DNA of 64,000 nucleotides from Bacteroidales bacterium (GTDB taxonomy: Bacteria > Bacteroidota > Bacteroidia > Bacteroidales > FEN-979). This document shows positions 46,189 to 56,624 of the stretch, one piece after another; within the stretch, counting starts at the first letter, position 1; each line of letters opens with the position of its first letter. The position numbers and the translations under genes were made by a program. The DNA is taken from assembly GCA_028706295.1 (NCBI GenBank), contig JAQWBQ010000011.1:10506-74505 (forward strand), given 5' to 3'. The notes under the pieces were generated by a model, which made no database searches, had not been told where the DNA came from, and saw only the letters and a list, made by a program, of their open reading frames with translations.

Positions 46189-46608
46189 TCAAAGCGTTCC
46201 GGAGGCTGCCGAAGAAGGAACACCGAACAACCGGATCCGGTACTTTTCCGAAAACCAGGTGAAATACCAGTAAAGCTTGCGGTTTACCTCAATACCATAA
46301 TCGGTATCCGGATGATAATTGATATACGACTCAATCAACCGGGAGTACTTACCGGTCAGATAATAATCATTCCAGTTTGCAATGGCCAGCAGGTTTTTTG
46401 TCCGGTAATAATCATTCAGATGATCTTTGGCAGGGGTGTACTGCGTAAGACACCAGTGATCGAACTCCTGATCCAGGATCACAACTTCATATTCCGTGCT
46501 GTCTTTGCTGCTTTGAATCAGGCTGGCCGAAGTTTTTGATGTATGTTTCCCAGTGGTGCAGGCCCCCAGGAGAAGAACTGCCAAACCAAGGAAGATAACC
46601 GGTTTCAT
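46189..46608 (-). CDS. Hypothetical small lipoprotein
   Basis: 139-aa ORF with a lipobox (LLGACTTG). No confident family assignment. Confidence 0.6.
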   Translation of the reverse strand: MKPVIFLGLAVLLLGACTTGKHTSKTSASLIQSSKDSTEYEVVILDQEFDHWCLTQYTPAKDHLNDYYRTKNLLAIANWNDYYLTGKYSRLIESYINYHPDTDYGIEVNRKLYWYFTWFSEKYRIRLFGVPSSAASGTL

Positions 46609-46726
46609 GATAATCCTTTTTTGTTTTAACCTTATGATCCTGACAAATATACAAAAATAATCGCACTTTTCACAAACGGTAAGGGATCCTGATCCGGGTC
46701 TGACCAGTAAACTTGATCTTTATTGT

Positions 46727-46734
46727 TATTTTTG
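46727..46734 (+). promoter_or_regulatory. Candidate Bacteroidota sigma-A -7 box (TATTTTTG, fits TAnnTTTG) for the pullulanase gene
   Basis: Motif read directly 22 nt upstream of the ATG at 46756. A TTG lies about 12 bp upstream of the box. This is a motif match only. Confidence 0.3.
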
Positions 46735-46755
46735 TGATGGTTCAAATCCTGTAAT

Positions 46756-48795
46756 ATGCGGTATTCCATCCTTCTTTTAGTTTTTACGGCAATTCTGGCG
46801 CTGGCTTTTCTGCCGCGCCTGCTGGCTCAGGGCAAAAAATCCGTTGGCCGGGTTTTTCCCGCTTCCCTTGCATATAATCCCTTTGAAACCTATCCCGTCG
46901 CTCTGGAGGAAGATCTGGGAGTGACCTGGTCGGAAACCAGGACAGTCTGCAAGATATGGTCGCCTGCGGCACAGGCAATGAAGCTGAAACTCTACCGGAC
47001 TTCCACCGGGAATGACCTGATCGGGGAATTCAAATGCCGGAAAAACGACATGGGGGTTTGGTCGGTCATACTCGAGGGCGACTACCAAGGCCGCTATTAC
47101 ACCCTTCAGGCAAAGTTTAAAGGGAAATGGGGCAGCGAAGTGCCCGACCCCTATGCCCAAGCAGTAGGGGTGAACGGCATGCGCGGACAAATCATCGACC
47201 TGAACGAAACCGATCCGCCCGATTGGGATCAGGACCGGTCGCCGGAGTTCCGCAATCCCACCGATGCCGTGCTCTATGAATTGCATGTACGCGATTTTTC
47301 GGTGGCGCCCAATTCGGGGATGACAAACAAAGGCAAATTCCTTGCCTTTACCGAAACCGGAACACGCAACAGCCACGGACAAATTACGGGAATCGACCAC
47401 ATCGCCGAAATGGGGGTGACCCATGTACATTTGCTTCCTGTTTTCGATTTTTGCAGCATCGATGAATCAAAGCCGGAAGTTCCGCAATTTAACTGGGGGT
47501 ATGACCCTCAGAATTACAACGTCCCCGAAGGATCCTATGCTTCAAACCCTGAAGATGGTAAGGTTCGCATCAGAGAATTCAAGAAGATGGTCCAATCGAT
47601 GCACCGGAAAGGGCTGCGGGTCGTGATGGATGTGGTTTACAATCATACCGGACGGACCGGAAATTCCAATTTCAATCAGTTGGTCCCGGGATATTATTAC
47701 CGCCAGTGGCAAAAGGATGGAACGTACAGCAATGCCTCGGCCTGCGGGAATGAAACCGCGAGCGACCGGGCCATGATGCGAAAATTCATGATCGAATCTC
47801 TGCAATACTGGGTTAAGGAATATCATGTCGATGGTTTTCGCTTCGACCTGATGGCCATCCATGACATTGAAACGATGAACCTTATTTCGGCAACACTCCA
47901 TACCATAAATCCTTCCATCCTCCTCTACGGGGAGGGATGGACCGCCGGCGATTCACCACTGCCTGAAAACTTCCGGGCCCTGAAACAGCACGCCCGGGAA
48001 CTGGATCGGATTGCCGTTTTCAGCGATGACATCCGCGATGGCATCAAAGGAAGCGTGTTTGACGAAAAGAGTACCGGCTTTGCAAGCGGGAATCCAAGTA
48101 TGGCCGAGTCGGTCAAATTCGGAATCGTTGCGGCCGGCGACCACCCGCAGATTGACTTTACACAGGTGAACTACTCTAAAGAACCTTATACCACCAGTCC
48201 CGGCTCGGTGATCAACTATGTCTCCTGTCATGACAACCAGACCCTGTATGATAAATTGAAAGCCTCCCGCCCCGATGCCGATGAAGCGACCCTGCTGAAA
48301 ATGCATAAACTGGCCAATACCATTGTACTGACCTCGCAGGGGATCCCGTTTTTGCATGCCGGCGTGGAAATGAAAAGAACCAAAAACGGCGAACACAATT
48401 CATTCAATAAACCCGACTCGGTCAACCGGATCGACTGGGATTGGAAATTTGAGAACCGCGACCTGGTTGACTTTTACAAAGGTTTGATAAGCCTGCGCAA
48501 ATCACACCCCGCCTTTCGAATGACCACCCGGGAGATGATCAGCGAAAACCTGGCCTTTCTGCCCGTCAAAGATCCACAGCTTATTGCTTACGTGATCGGC
48601 AACCATGCGAACCAAGATCCATGGTTAAGAATTCTCGTGATCGTTAATGGTTCCGAAGAACTTAAAAAAATCGATCTTCCCGCCGGGAACTGGAGCGTAG
48701 CCCTGATGAACCATCAATTTCCCGATGCAGCACCAATGGTGTCAGGCTCCCTTGTGATTGAGCCGGTTTCGGCTACAATCCTTTTTCAGAAATGA
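46756..48795 (+). CDS. pulA: Type I pullulanase (GH13)
   Basis: 679-aa ORF with a signal peptide and GH13 conserved regions 'VVMDVVYNHT', 'GFRFDLM', 'YGEGW', 'YVSCHDN'. The N-terminal CBM48-like region is typical of pullulanases. Confidence 0.88.
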   Translation: MRYSILLLVFTAILALAFLPRLLAQGKKSVGRVFPASLAYNPFETYPVALEEDLGVTWSETRTVCKIWSPAAQAMKLKLYRTSTGNDLIGEFKCRKNDMGVWSVILEGDYQGRYYTLQAKFKGKWGSEVPDPYAQAVGVNGMRGQIIDLNETDPPDWDQDRSPEFRNPTDAVLYELHVRDFSVAPNSGMTNKGKFLAFTETGTRNSHGQITGIDHIAEMGVTHVHLLPVFDFCSIDESKPEVPQFNWGYDPQNYNVPEGSYASNPEDGKVRIREFKKMVQSMHRKGLRVVMDVVYNHTGRTGNSNFNQLVPGYYYRQWQKDGTYSNASACGNETASDRAMMRKFMIESLQYWVKEYHVDGFRFDLMAIHDIETMNLISATLHTINPSILLYGEGWTAGDSPLPENFRALKQHARELDRIAVFSDDIRDGIKGSVFDEKSTGFASGNPSMAESVKFGIVAAGDHPQIDFTQVNYSKEPYTTSPGSVINYVSCHDNQTLYDKLKASRPDADEATLLKMHKLANTIVLTSQGIPFLHAGVEMKRTKNGEHNSFNKPDSVNRIDWDWKFENRDLVDFYKGLISLRKSHPAFRMTTREMISENLAFLPVKDPQLIAYVIGNHANQDPWLRILVIVNGSEELKKIDLPAGNWSVALMNHQFPDAAPMVSGSLVIEPVSATILFQK

Positions 48796-48841
48796 AACAG
48801 TAGAATAACATATGTGTTCTTGAAAACCTGGATTTGAATTG

Positions 48842-50863
48842 ATGCAGCGAAAAAAACCAAAAAACATTGCCTCCCCGAAAAAGCCGGATCAGGGATCATC
48901 TAGGAACCTGGAGGAACCCACGAAACGGTTGACGTGGATCATCCTGGGCGGGATCATCGCTCTCACCTTCCTGGTTTACATCCCCACTGTACAAAACGGT
49001 CTCCTGGCTTGGGATGATGAACCCTACCTCACGAAAAACCAGTTGGTGCAATCAGGAAACTTATGGGAACTGTTTACGCAACCGGTGATGGGTAACTATC
49101 ACCCGTTGACCATGCTGACACTGGCGCTCGAATACCGGTTGTTCGGACCTGCCCCTGCCGGCTATCACGGGGTGAACCTGTTGTTACACCTGATCAATGT
49201 GGTCCTGGTTTTTATCGTAATAAAACGGTTGAACAGGGGGTCGGTGGTGGCGTTGGTAGCAGCCCTGCTGTTCGGGATACATCCCTTGCACGTCGAATCG
49301 GTGGCCTGGGTCGCTGAGTTGAAGGATCTGCTTTATACCTTGTTTTTCCTCTTATCCTGTATCTTCTACCTGAAATATCTTGAAGACAAATCCCGAAAGT
49401 GCTTTTTCATCACCCTGCTGTTCTTTACGGCTTCTTTGTTGTCGAAGGCAATGGCTGTATCGTTGCCGGTAGTTTTACTCCTGATCGACTATTTCAGAGA
49501 CAGAAAATTCAGCAAAATCGTTTGGCTTGAGAAAATTCCTTTTTTTGTGCTGTCGCTCCTCTTCGGTATCATTGCCATTATTGCCCAGGGATCAACCGAA
49601 GCCATCGCGGACCACGCCCGTTTCTCCTTCTTTCACAGGATCGTTTTTGCATCCTGTTCCTTCCTTTCTTATTTGGGTAAACTGCTGCTGCCCGTCAACC
49701 TGAGTGCCTTCTATCCATATCCTGTACGCAGCGGCGATCTGATCCCGGGATCCATGTACCTGTGCCTCTTCATCATGGTCGCCCTGGTTGCGGTGATGAT
49801 ATATTCCTACCGGCGCTCCAGGGATCTTTTCTTCGGGTTGAGTTTTTTCACCGTCACAATTTTTTTGGTACTTCAACTGCTGCCGGTCGGGAATGCCATG
49901 ATGGCCGATCGCTACAGCTACATACCGTCTATCGGTATCTTTTTTCTGGCTGGCATGGGTGTCAAATTCATGTGGGATAAAGGATATCGTTATGCTATCG
50001 GGGCACTGTTGATCGCATTTACGATATTTTTCGGAGTACAAACTTTTTTACGCTGCACCATATGGAAAGATGATCTCACCCTGTGGAATGATGTGATTAA
50101 AAAAGATCCGGCTGTTGAATACGCCTATAACAACCGGGGTATTGTGCTGATGAACCAGGAGCGTTACGACGAGTCGGTGAGCGACTTTACCCGTGCCATT
50201 GAACTAAATCCGGTTTACCCGATTGTCTTTTTGAACCGGGGTATTGCACGCAGCCGCCAGAATAAACATGCCGAAGCGATTGCCGACTTTGACCAGGCCA
50301 TCAATCTGAAGCCCGAAAATCCCGATGCCTGGTTTAACCGCGGCGTGGCGCTCCGTAATGTGGGAAGAAATGAGGAAGCGCTTCGGGATTTTCAGCGAAC
50401 CCTTGAATTGAAACCCCAATTCCCGATGGCTTACTATAACCGGGGCACACTGTACATGAACCTGAAACGCTATCCGGAAGCCATCGTCGATTTTACCAAC
50501 GCGATAAAGGCCGATCCTGCATTCGCCGATTCGTACCTCAACCGGGGTGTAGCGCATATGATCGGAAATGAAAAAAAGGAGGCTCTTCAGGACTTCAACA
50601 AGGCAATCGACCTGAAACCCGGATTTATCAATGCCTACTATAACCGTGGGAACTATTACCTTTCCGAAAAGGAATACCATGAAGCCATCGCCGACTACAC
50701 CCATGCCATCGAACTGAAAACCGATTACTCAGCAGCCTATTACAACCGGGGACTTGCTGCTTTCTATAAGGGCAACAAACAAGCAGCCTGCGATGATTTC
50801 AAGAAAGCGGCCACCCTGGGCTTCACCCCGGCAAAAACCGCCATCTCACAATTGTGTAAGTAG
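48842..50863 (+). CDS. Polytopic membrane protein (PMT/GT39-like N-terminal domain) with C-terminal TPR repeats
   Basis: The N-terminal ~400 aa hold about 10 TM helices. The C-terminal part has 8 or more tandem 34-aa TPR units ('A..DF..AI.L.P....AY.NRG'). Confidence 0.8.
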   Translation: MQRKKPKNIASPKKPDQGSSRNLEEPTKRLTWIILGGIIALTFLVYIPTVQNGLLAWDDEPYLTKNQLVQSGNLWELFTQPVMGNYHPLTMLTLALEYRLFGPAPAGYHGVNLLLHLINVVLVFIVIKRLNRGSVVALVAALLFGIHPLHVESVAWVAELKDLLYTLFFLLSCIFYLKYLEDKSRKCFFITLLFFTASLLSKAMAVSLPVVLLLIDYFRDRKFSKIVWLEKIPFFVLSLLFGIIAIIAQGSTEAIADHARFSFFHRIVFASCSFLSYLGKLLLPVNLSAFYPYPVRSGDLIPGSMYLCLFIMVALVAVMIYSYRRSRDLFFGLSFFTVTIFLVLQLLPVGNAMMADRYSYIPSIGIFFLAGMGVKFMWDKGYRYAIGALLIAFTIFFGVQTFLRCTIWKDDLTLWNDVIKKDPAVEYAYNNRGIVLMNQERYDESVSDFTRAIELNPVYPIVFLNRGIARSRQNKHAEAIADFDQAINLKPENPDAWFNRGVALRNVGRNEEALRDFQRTLELKPQFPMAYYNRGTLYMNLKRYPEAIVDFTNAIKADPAFADSYLNRGVAHMIGNEKKEALQDFNKAIDLKPGFINAYYNRGNYYLSEKEYHEAIADYTHAIELKTDYSAAYYNRGLAAFYKGNKQAACDDFKKAATLGFTPAKTAISQLCK

Positions 50864-53290
50864 GTGCGTGTTCACTTTTTCACAAAGAAGGGATGAAACG
50901 ATCATCGACAACCGTTTCAAAGGATAGGGCAGGGAGGTATAACAGACCATCGGAAGCACCCATTCGAGCAATGCAACGTAATAAGGAACTGAATTCTGAT
51001 CACCTTCAGCACTGGTAAAGGCATATTCCCTCATTTTAATGGTCAGACCGGCATTCTTCGCCACCTTTTCAGGATGTTTCCCTGCATAGATGATCTCCGG
51101 CCGGTCACCCAGGTTTTTACATTCATAAAAACGCCGGATAAATTCAAGGTAGGATTTCATGTCCGACTCATTCTCAATGGGAGCATTGTCGACCAGAAAA
51201 ATGGCCTCGAGCCGGGCAAAATCAGAGACGACCGACCGGGGACGGGTTTCCGAAAAATCAATCAGGTAAACATTCCGGTTCTCATCAAGAAGAATATTCT
51301 GCATGTTCAGATCTCCATGGCAGATACCGGTATTGTAATCCAGGCTCCATTCACGGTTCCGTTCGTATTCCCGTTTTAAAAACCAGTAGGGGTTCAGGAT
51401 AGGCCGCCCGGACTCGGAAATCTTCAGGTACTGCATCTCATCTGAAATGCCAAGTATTTCCTCCGCCGTTTTGTAAATATGCGGGAAAAAGGTCCGGGTG
51501 GGATCATGATCCTTGAATGGAAATATGGTCTTCTTAACCGGTTGACCGTACCAGGGCTTGAGGATCTGCAGAAATATTTTATCGAATAAGGGTTCCAGGA
51601 AATCCAGGTCCGAGTCATGGTAATAATGAGTAAGCCATTTCAACTGACTTGCCTCCCCGCCGATCCCGACAAAATTATAGCGGAGCGCCATGGAATCTCC
51701 GAAACGCTCTGTTCCCAACACCACCGCACAGTTGTTGAAAATATACGGAAGGGCATATTTCTGGCATCGTTCCGATTCCCGGGTGATCAGGGCCCGACTT
51801 GCGACTTTGAGTACCGTTGGCCGCATCTTTCTTCCCTCATGGTCGTAAGAGGTAACATGATAGGTTTGCGCCGAATACCCTCCGTGAAGGGGGTTCAGTA
51901 CCAGCCGGGAGGAATCGGTGTATAAAAGCCTTGCCAGGAATTTCTTGTTCGGTTCCAGCATCATGCCGGGCGCTGTCTCAATGATCACCCTTTTACCGGC
52001 GCCCTCGGCAATCGTTTCCGGTGAAAACAACCAGATAAAAGGATTTTCAATAAGAAGACCTGCCTCCGCCGGTACAACAGCCGTGATATTTTCAAAAGTC
52101 AGATGCCGGTCGATGAATTCGCTGAGCAGGGTAGTTTCCGTTATTTTATCAACCTTGACCAATTGGAAGGTGATCCCTGCAAACCGGTATCCCGGTTCGA
52201 TCACAGAGCCGTCTGATCCACCGATCGGATTGCCACCGGCTTGCTTTTCAGCGTCTTGTCTGCCCCAAAACCAATCGGATACATTGAAACAGTTCCCTGC
52301 TGCAGTATTCACTTCGGCATCCGTTGCCATAAGGAGTACATTCAGCGAGGGATGTTCCGCATGATGACTTACCGCTACCAGGTAAAATATATTCCCCGGC
52401 AACATGTTTTTGTCCCGGATTGTCTGAAGAGCCCGGGTTAACTGTCGTAAGTTTACGACACCCTCTGTTGCCATTCTCAATGTCCCGGATGGCGTGTTTC
52501 CGAATGAAAGCGCGTAACGCACCGGAAAACCAGTCTTTACGGGATCCGCAATAATCCTGAAATCGGGATCCGAGGCAGGATCCGCCGGGATAAACCCGGT
52601 GCAGGGACCGATCGTGACAAAAAAATCATCACCCGGGAAACCGGAACCATCAGAAACTGCACCGTAACCTAGCGCACCTTCCAGATCGCAACAGCTCAGA
52701 ATCTCTGCCTCCGTATTGATTTCCGCCTTCACAGAATGACCTCCGTTTGTCCTGTAAACGAAAATCAGCTGATCCACCGGGATAGCTGTCTCCTCGTTGG
52801 CGCCCTTTTTTGCTGCATGGATGACCGCCAGCGCACTTTCAACATCGGATGCCATGGGCAGAATCCGTTGAAGTCCGGCCATTTCAAAAATGTGTTGAAC
52901 TTCTAAACTTGCACCGACAATAAATAATTGAAATTGATTAGGTTGCAGCCGCTTCTGGGCCGATAAAAGGACCCTGATACCGGCGCTCGACAAATACGAA
53001 CATTCAGAGAGATCAAGGATAATATCACGGGCTTCCCCGGTCAGGGTAATTAATACCTGGTCCAAATCCCTGCTGGTGTTTCCGTCAAGCCTCCCGAAAA
53101 GTTTTATAACCCGTTTTTTTTCGTCAGTATTGAGTTCCATCCCTGAGATGATTTGTTTGATAACAGTCAAAAGTACAAAAAAACCGGCTCCCGCGAAGGC
53201 ACTGTGAATGACCCTGTGTAAATCGCCTCCTGTCAGCGTCACCACATTTTGTACCTTTGCAAAATCTGAAACATCATTTGTTGTTTTCAT
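50846..53290 (-). CDS. Multidomain protein: N-terminal STAS domain, unknown central region, C-terminal aminoglycoside-phosphotransferase/protein-kinase-like domain
   Basis: The ATG at 53290 (MKTTNDV) is preferred over the TTG at 53344, which would translate the repeat element. STAS-like region: 'IILDLSECSYLSSAGIRVLLSA...QLFIVGAS..VQHIFEMAGL'. Kinase-like catalytic region: 'ICHGDLNMQNILLDENRNVYLIDFSE'. Confidence 0.7.
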   Translation of the reverse strand: MKTTNDVSDFAKVQNVVTLTGGDLHRVIHSAFAGAGFFVLLTVIKQIISGMELNTDEKKRVIKLFGRLDGNTSRDLDQVLITLTGEARDIILDLSECSYLSSAGIRVLLSAQKRLQPNQFQLFIVGASLEVQHIFEMAGLQRILPMASDVESALAVIHAAKKGANEETAIPVDQLIFVYRTNGGHSVKAEINTEAEILSCCDLEGALGYGAVSDGSGFPGDDFFVTIGPCTGFIPADPASDPDFRIIADPVKTGFPVRYALSFGNTPSGTLRMATEGVVNLRQLTRALQTIRDKNMLPGNIFYLVAVSHHAEHPSLNVLLMATDAEVNTAAGNCFNVSDWFWGRQDAEKQAGGNPIGGSDGSVIEPGYRFAGITFQLVKVDKITETTLLSEFIDRHLTFENITAVVPAEAGLLIENPFIWLFSPETIAEGAGKRVIIETAPGMMLEPNKKFLARLLYTDSSRLVLNPLHGGYSAQTYHVTSYDHEGRKMRPTVLKVASRALITRESERCQKYALPYIFNNCAVVLGTERFGDSMALRYNFVGIGGEASQLKWLTHYYHDSDLDFLEPLFDKIFLQILKPWYGQPVKKTIFPFKDHDPTRTFFPHIYKTAEEILGISDEMQYLKISESGRPILNPYWFLKREYERNREWSLDYNTGICHGDLNMQNILLDENRNVYLIDFSETRPRSVVSDFARLEAIFLVDNAPIENESDMKSYLEFIRRFYECKNLGDRPEIIYAGKHPEKVAKNAGLTIKMREYAFTSAEGDQNSVPYYVALLEWVLPMVCYTSLPYPLKRLSMIVSSLLCEKVNTHLLTQL

Positions 53291-53322
53291 TCGTAAATCG
53301 TAAATCATGTTCAATCGTAAAT
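53291..53322 (+). repeat. TCGTAAA-heptad element, copy C
   Basis: TCGTAAATCGTAAATCATGTTCAATCGTAAAT, an exact 32-nt match to copies A and B. It abuts the start codon of the minus-strand STAS/kinase gene and lies 65 nt upstream of the plus-strand aldo/keto reductase start. Confidence 0.9.
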
Positions 53323-53386
53323 AGAAAGATTTTTCACCTGACAAACTAAACTTAAACAGACCCTTAACTATATAGGGAATTCATCT

Positions 53387-54289
53387 ATGAACAGAGTAAT
53401 GCTCACGGCTGATTTCGGTTTATCGCGGATCGTGCATGGACAGATGCGTATGGCCGGATGGAAGCTGACCCGCCCTGAGCTGCAATCTTTCCTGGAAGAA
53501 CTGGTCGATCTGGGTGTGACCTCATTCGATCATGCCGATATTTACGGAAACTACAGTTGTGAAACCCTCCTCGGTGAAATTCTGATGGGAAATCCCGGAC
53601 TCCGCAACCGGATTGAGATCATTACCAAGTGTGGAATCCTGTTGAAATCAGATAAATTTCCCGGCCGGAAGATCAAGTATTATGATTATAGTTTCGATCA
53701 TATCATCGCTTCGGTCGAATCTTCGTTGAAAAATTTCAGGACCGATCATATTGAGTTGCTCCTGCTCCACCGGCCTGCCCCCTTCTTTGATCCGGAAACG
53801 GTTGCCCGCGCTTTCAGAACTTTGAAAAAAGATGGTAAGGTACTTCACTTCGGGGTTTCCAATTTTACCCCTTCACAGTTTGAAATGCTGAATGCATTCA
53901 CCGATGAGAAACTGGTCACCAACCAGGTTGAAATTTCTCCCCTTACCTTGGAACATTTCGACAATGGAAACATCGATTTCTTTCTCAGGGAAAAAATCAA
54001 ACCCATGGCCTGGTCCCCGCTGGGTGGCGGCCGGATTCTCAATCCCTCCGATGACAAGGGATCCGGCGTTCTGATGACCCTGCGCGCAATTGCCGGTGAG
54101 ATGCAGGTGCGATCGGTCGATCAGGTAATTTATACCTGGCTCCTGAAACACCCGGCCGGAATCATCCCGGTGGTGGGTTCCGGAAACATCAACCGCATCA
54201 AAACGGCCTGCGAAGCGTTGGATCTCGACATGAGCCTCGAACAATGGTACCGGATCTTTACGGCCTCCCGCGGAAAGGAATTGCCATGA
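53387..54289 (+). CDS. Aldo/keto reductase family oxidoreductase
   Basis: 300-aa ORF with 'FDHADIYG', 'LLLHRP' and 'GVSNF', typical of AKR (YdhF-like) proteins. Confidence 0.85.
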   Translation: MNRVMLTADFGLSRIVHGQMRMAGWKLTRPELQSFLEELVDLGVTSFDHADIYGNYSCETLLGEILMGNPGLRNRIEIITKCGILLKSDKFPGRKIKYYDYSFDHIIASVESSLKNFRTDHIELLLLHRPAPFFDPETVARAFRTLKKDGKVLHFGVSNFTPSQFEMLNAFTDEKLVTNQVEISPLTLEHFDNGNIDFFLREKIKPMAWSPLGGGRILNPSDDKGSGVLMTLRAIAGEMQVRSVDQVIYTWLLKHPAGIIPVVGSGNINRIKTACEALDLDMSLEQWYRIFTASRGKELP

Positions 54290-56553
54290 AACGGTACCGG
54301 TTCCTGAGAAACATACTCCCGGTCATGTTGCTGATCATCCCGGTCTGCGTTCTGTCGCAGTCGAAGTTACCGCTGAACGAAACAATGCTGTTTAATTTTT
54401 CCACCCGGGGAAGCGCCGGTATGCTGGTGGATGAACAAGCACTGGCCGGTGATCCTGCAGCCGGCCAGGGCGGGGATCCCCTGACAGTTTTTTCACCCGG
54501 TTGGGTTTACGCTGAAATATCTTATCCCGCCATGGTGGTTCTCGATCTGGGAAGAAGTCATATCCTCAATGCCCTTTGGTTTTACGACGTGAATGATTGC
54601 GACACCCTCAGTATCTACACCGGCGATCCCTCCTCCTGGGAACTAAAGAGCCGCGTAATCCTCGATATGTATAATGCCTGGCGAAACATCCCCCTCCAGG
54701 ATACCAGCCGTTTTATAATGCTGAAATACCGTAGTCCTTCCGTCCGGATCGCCGAAATTGTACTTTACGGACAACCTGTTGGCAATTACCCGCCGGCACC
54801 GGTACCCGTAGTGCATCCCCGCCCTGCCGTGAATCACTTCATGGGAGTTAACGGATTTGTGGATGATCCGATTGATAAATTAGCCTGTGCCGGCTCCATC
54901 CGCGAATACCATAACTGGGGATGGGATGAGGGTAATTTAGATACCACCTACCAGGGATATCCCGATAACCAGTACGCGTGGAATCCAAGCTGGGTAAGCG
55001 GTCCGGGGTGGGCCTTCAACTTCGACGGATTTTACCAGCAACTGAAAGATCATGGACTCACCGCCAGCCCTGACCTCCAGGGTTCAGCCCTTTACATGAC
55101 AAACTTCATCGATTCACTCACCCAGAACAAACCCATCCGGAACAACGGGAATCCGCTTGATCCGGCATCCTATATCGAACATTCGGATTATATGTTTCAG
55201 TTTGCCGCAAGATACGGATCAGGTAACGTGAACGATACCTTGCTGAAACTGAGACCCGACCAACCCCGGTTCAGCGGCAGCGACCGTATTGCGTACCTGG
55301 AAAACTGGAATGAACCGGATAAAACATGGTGGGGCCGACCGGCCTATTTTACACCCGATGAATTTGCAACCCTTTGCAGCGCCGATTACGATGGCCATGA
55401 ACAGTCGCTTGGAACGGGAAAAGGAGTGAAAAATGCAGCGCCACAGATCAAAATGGTGATGGCGGGACTGACCGGTCTAAACCTGGAATACCTGAGATGC
55501 ATGAAGCTTTGGAGTGATTTTAACCGCACATCCGGATTCCCGGCTGAGGTTCTGAATTTCCACCATTATTCGGCAAATAATATCCACGGGATCAGTCCGG
55601 AAGCAGACAGCCTAAAGCAAAAACTGAAAAAAATTGTCGCATGGCGCGATTCCTGTATGCCCGGAAAAGAGATCTGGCTTTCCGAATTCGGTTACGACAC
55701 CAATCCCGAAAGCGAACAGGCAGCTGTTGCCATCGATACCAACGACATTTTTGAAGTGCAGGGAGCATGGATTTTGCGCTCGTATCTCGAGGCAGTAGCA
55801 GCCGGTATCGACAAGGCTTTTGTGTTCATGCTGCGCGATGCCAATGCTCCCAATCCAAATAAATATAACAGCTCCGGACTGACCGGTGAAATCTGGTACG
55901 GACACCAGCCAAAAAAATCGTGGTATTATGTTTCGGCCATGAAAAATCAGTTGACCGGACTTATTTTCGACCAGGAAATCCCCTCAAATCAGGACTCCCT
56001 GAATATCTACCGGTTCCTGTCGGCGGGAGGCGACACGGCCGTCCATGTCGTCTGGTGTACCAGCGCAACAAACCGGATTGTGAATGACTTTTCGATGAAA
56101 GTACCCCCGCACAGCCTGGTATGGCAAATCAGGCCCCGGATGGGATCTGCCACAGGATTGAAAACCCCTCTTCCAATCCAAAATGATACCGTTAACTTCC
56201 GGGTTACCGAACTGCCTGTTTTTATACGAATGGTTGCCCACGACAGCCTGATGCCCATCCAAATCAACCTGAACAATGTCGTGATCCCGGAAGGTGAATC
56301 CCGGTGTTTCGATGCCGTTCAGGTCATAACAACATCCGGTATTGATCCGGGATTTATGGTGGAAACTGGCGCTGCAGTTGATCTGATTGCCGGTCAGCGG
56401 ATTTCTCTTTATCCCCTTACCCGGGTTGCTGCCGGAGGAGCCTTTCATGCCCGGATCACGGAAACAGGCGTTTTCTGCGAAACCGGCATGGTTCCTGATG
56501 AAAACAGGAAATATGAATGTCCTCCTGGTATTCCACCCATATCGGCCTGGTGA
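54286..56553 (+). CDS. Secreted clan GH-A-like glycoside hydrolase with an N-terminal discoidin/F5-8-type-C-like domain and a C-terminal beta-rich domain
   Basis: The ATG at 54286 overlaps the AKR stop (ATGA) and gives the signal peptide 'MKRYRFLRNILPVMLLIIPVCVLS'. 'YLENWNEPD' (acid/base NEP motif) and 'IWLSEFGYD' (nucleophile Glu) fit clan GH-A. The exact GH family is not determined. Confidence 0.6.
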   Translation: MKRYRFLRNILPVMLLIIPVCVLSQSKLPLNETMLFNFSTRGSAGMLVDEQALAGDPAAGQGGDPLTVFSPGWVYAEISYPAMVVLDLGRSHILNALWFYDVNDCDTLSIYTGDPSSWELKSRVILDMYNAWRNIPLQDTSRFIMLKYRSPSVRIAEIVLYGQPVGNYPPAPVPVVHPRPAVNHFMGVNGFVDDPIDKLACAGSIREYHNWGWDEGNLDTTYQGYPDNQYAWNPSWVSGPGWAFNFDGFYQQLKDHGLTASPDLQGSALYMTNFIDSLTQNKPIRNNGNPLDPASYIEHSDYMFQFAARYGSGNVNDTLLKLRPDQPRFSGSDRIAYLENWNEPDKTWWGRPAYFTPDEFATLCSADYDGHEQSLGTGKGVKNAAPQIKMVMAGLTGLNLEYLRCMKLWSDFNRTSGFPAEVLNFHHYSANNIHGISPEADSLKQKLKKIVAWRDSCMPGKEIWLSEFGYDTNPESEQAAVAIDTNDIFEVQGAWILRSYLEAVAAGIDKAFVFMLRDANAPNPNKYNSSGLTGEIWYGHQPKKSWYYVSAMKNQLTGLIFDQEIPSNQDSLNIYRFLSAGGDTAVHVVWCTSATNRIVNDFSMKVPPHSLVWQIRPRMGSATGLKTPLPIQNDTVNFRVTELPVFIRMVAHDSLMPIQINLNNVVIPEGESRCFDAVQVITTSGIDPGFMVETGAAVDLIAGQRISLYPLTRVAAGGAFHARITETGVFCETGMVPDENRKYECPPGIPPISAW

Positions 56554-56624
56554 AGAACCCTTTTAATCCCTGAATCCTTAAAAACTGTCATCATGTTTTT
56601 AATAGTGCGGTGAACCTTTGATGA

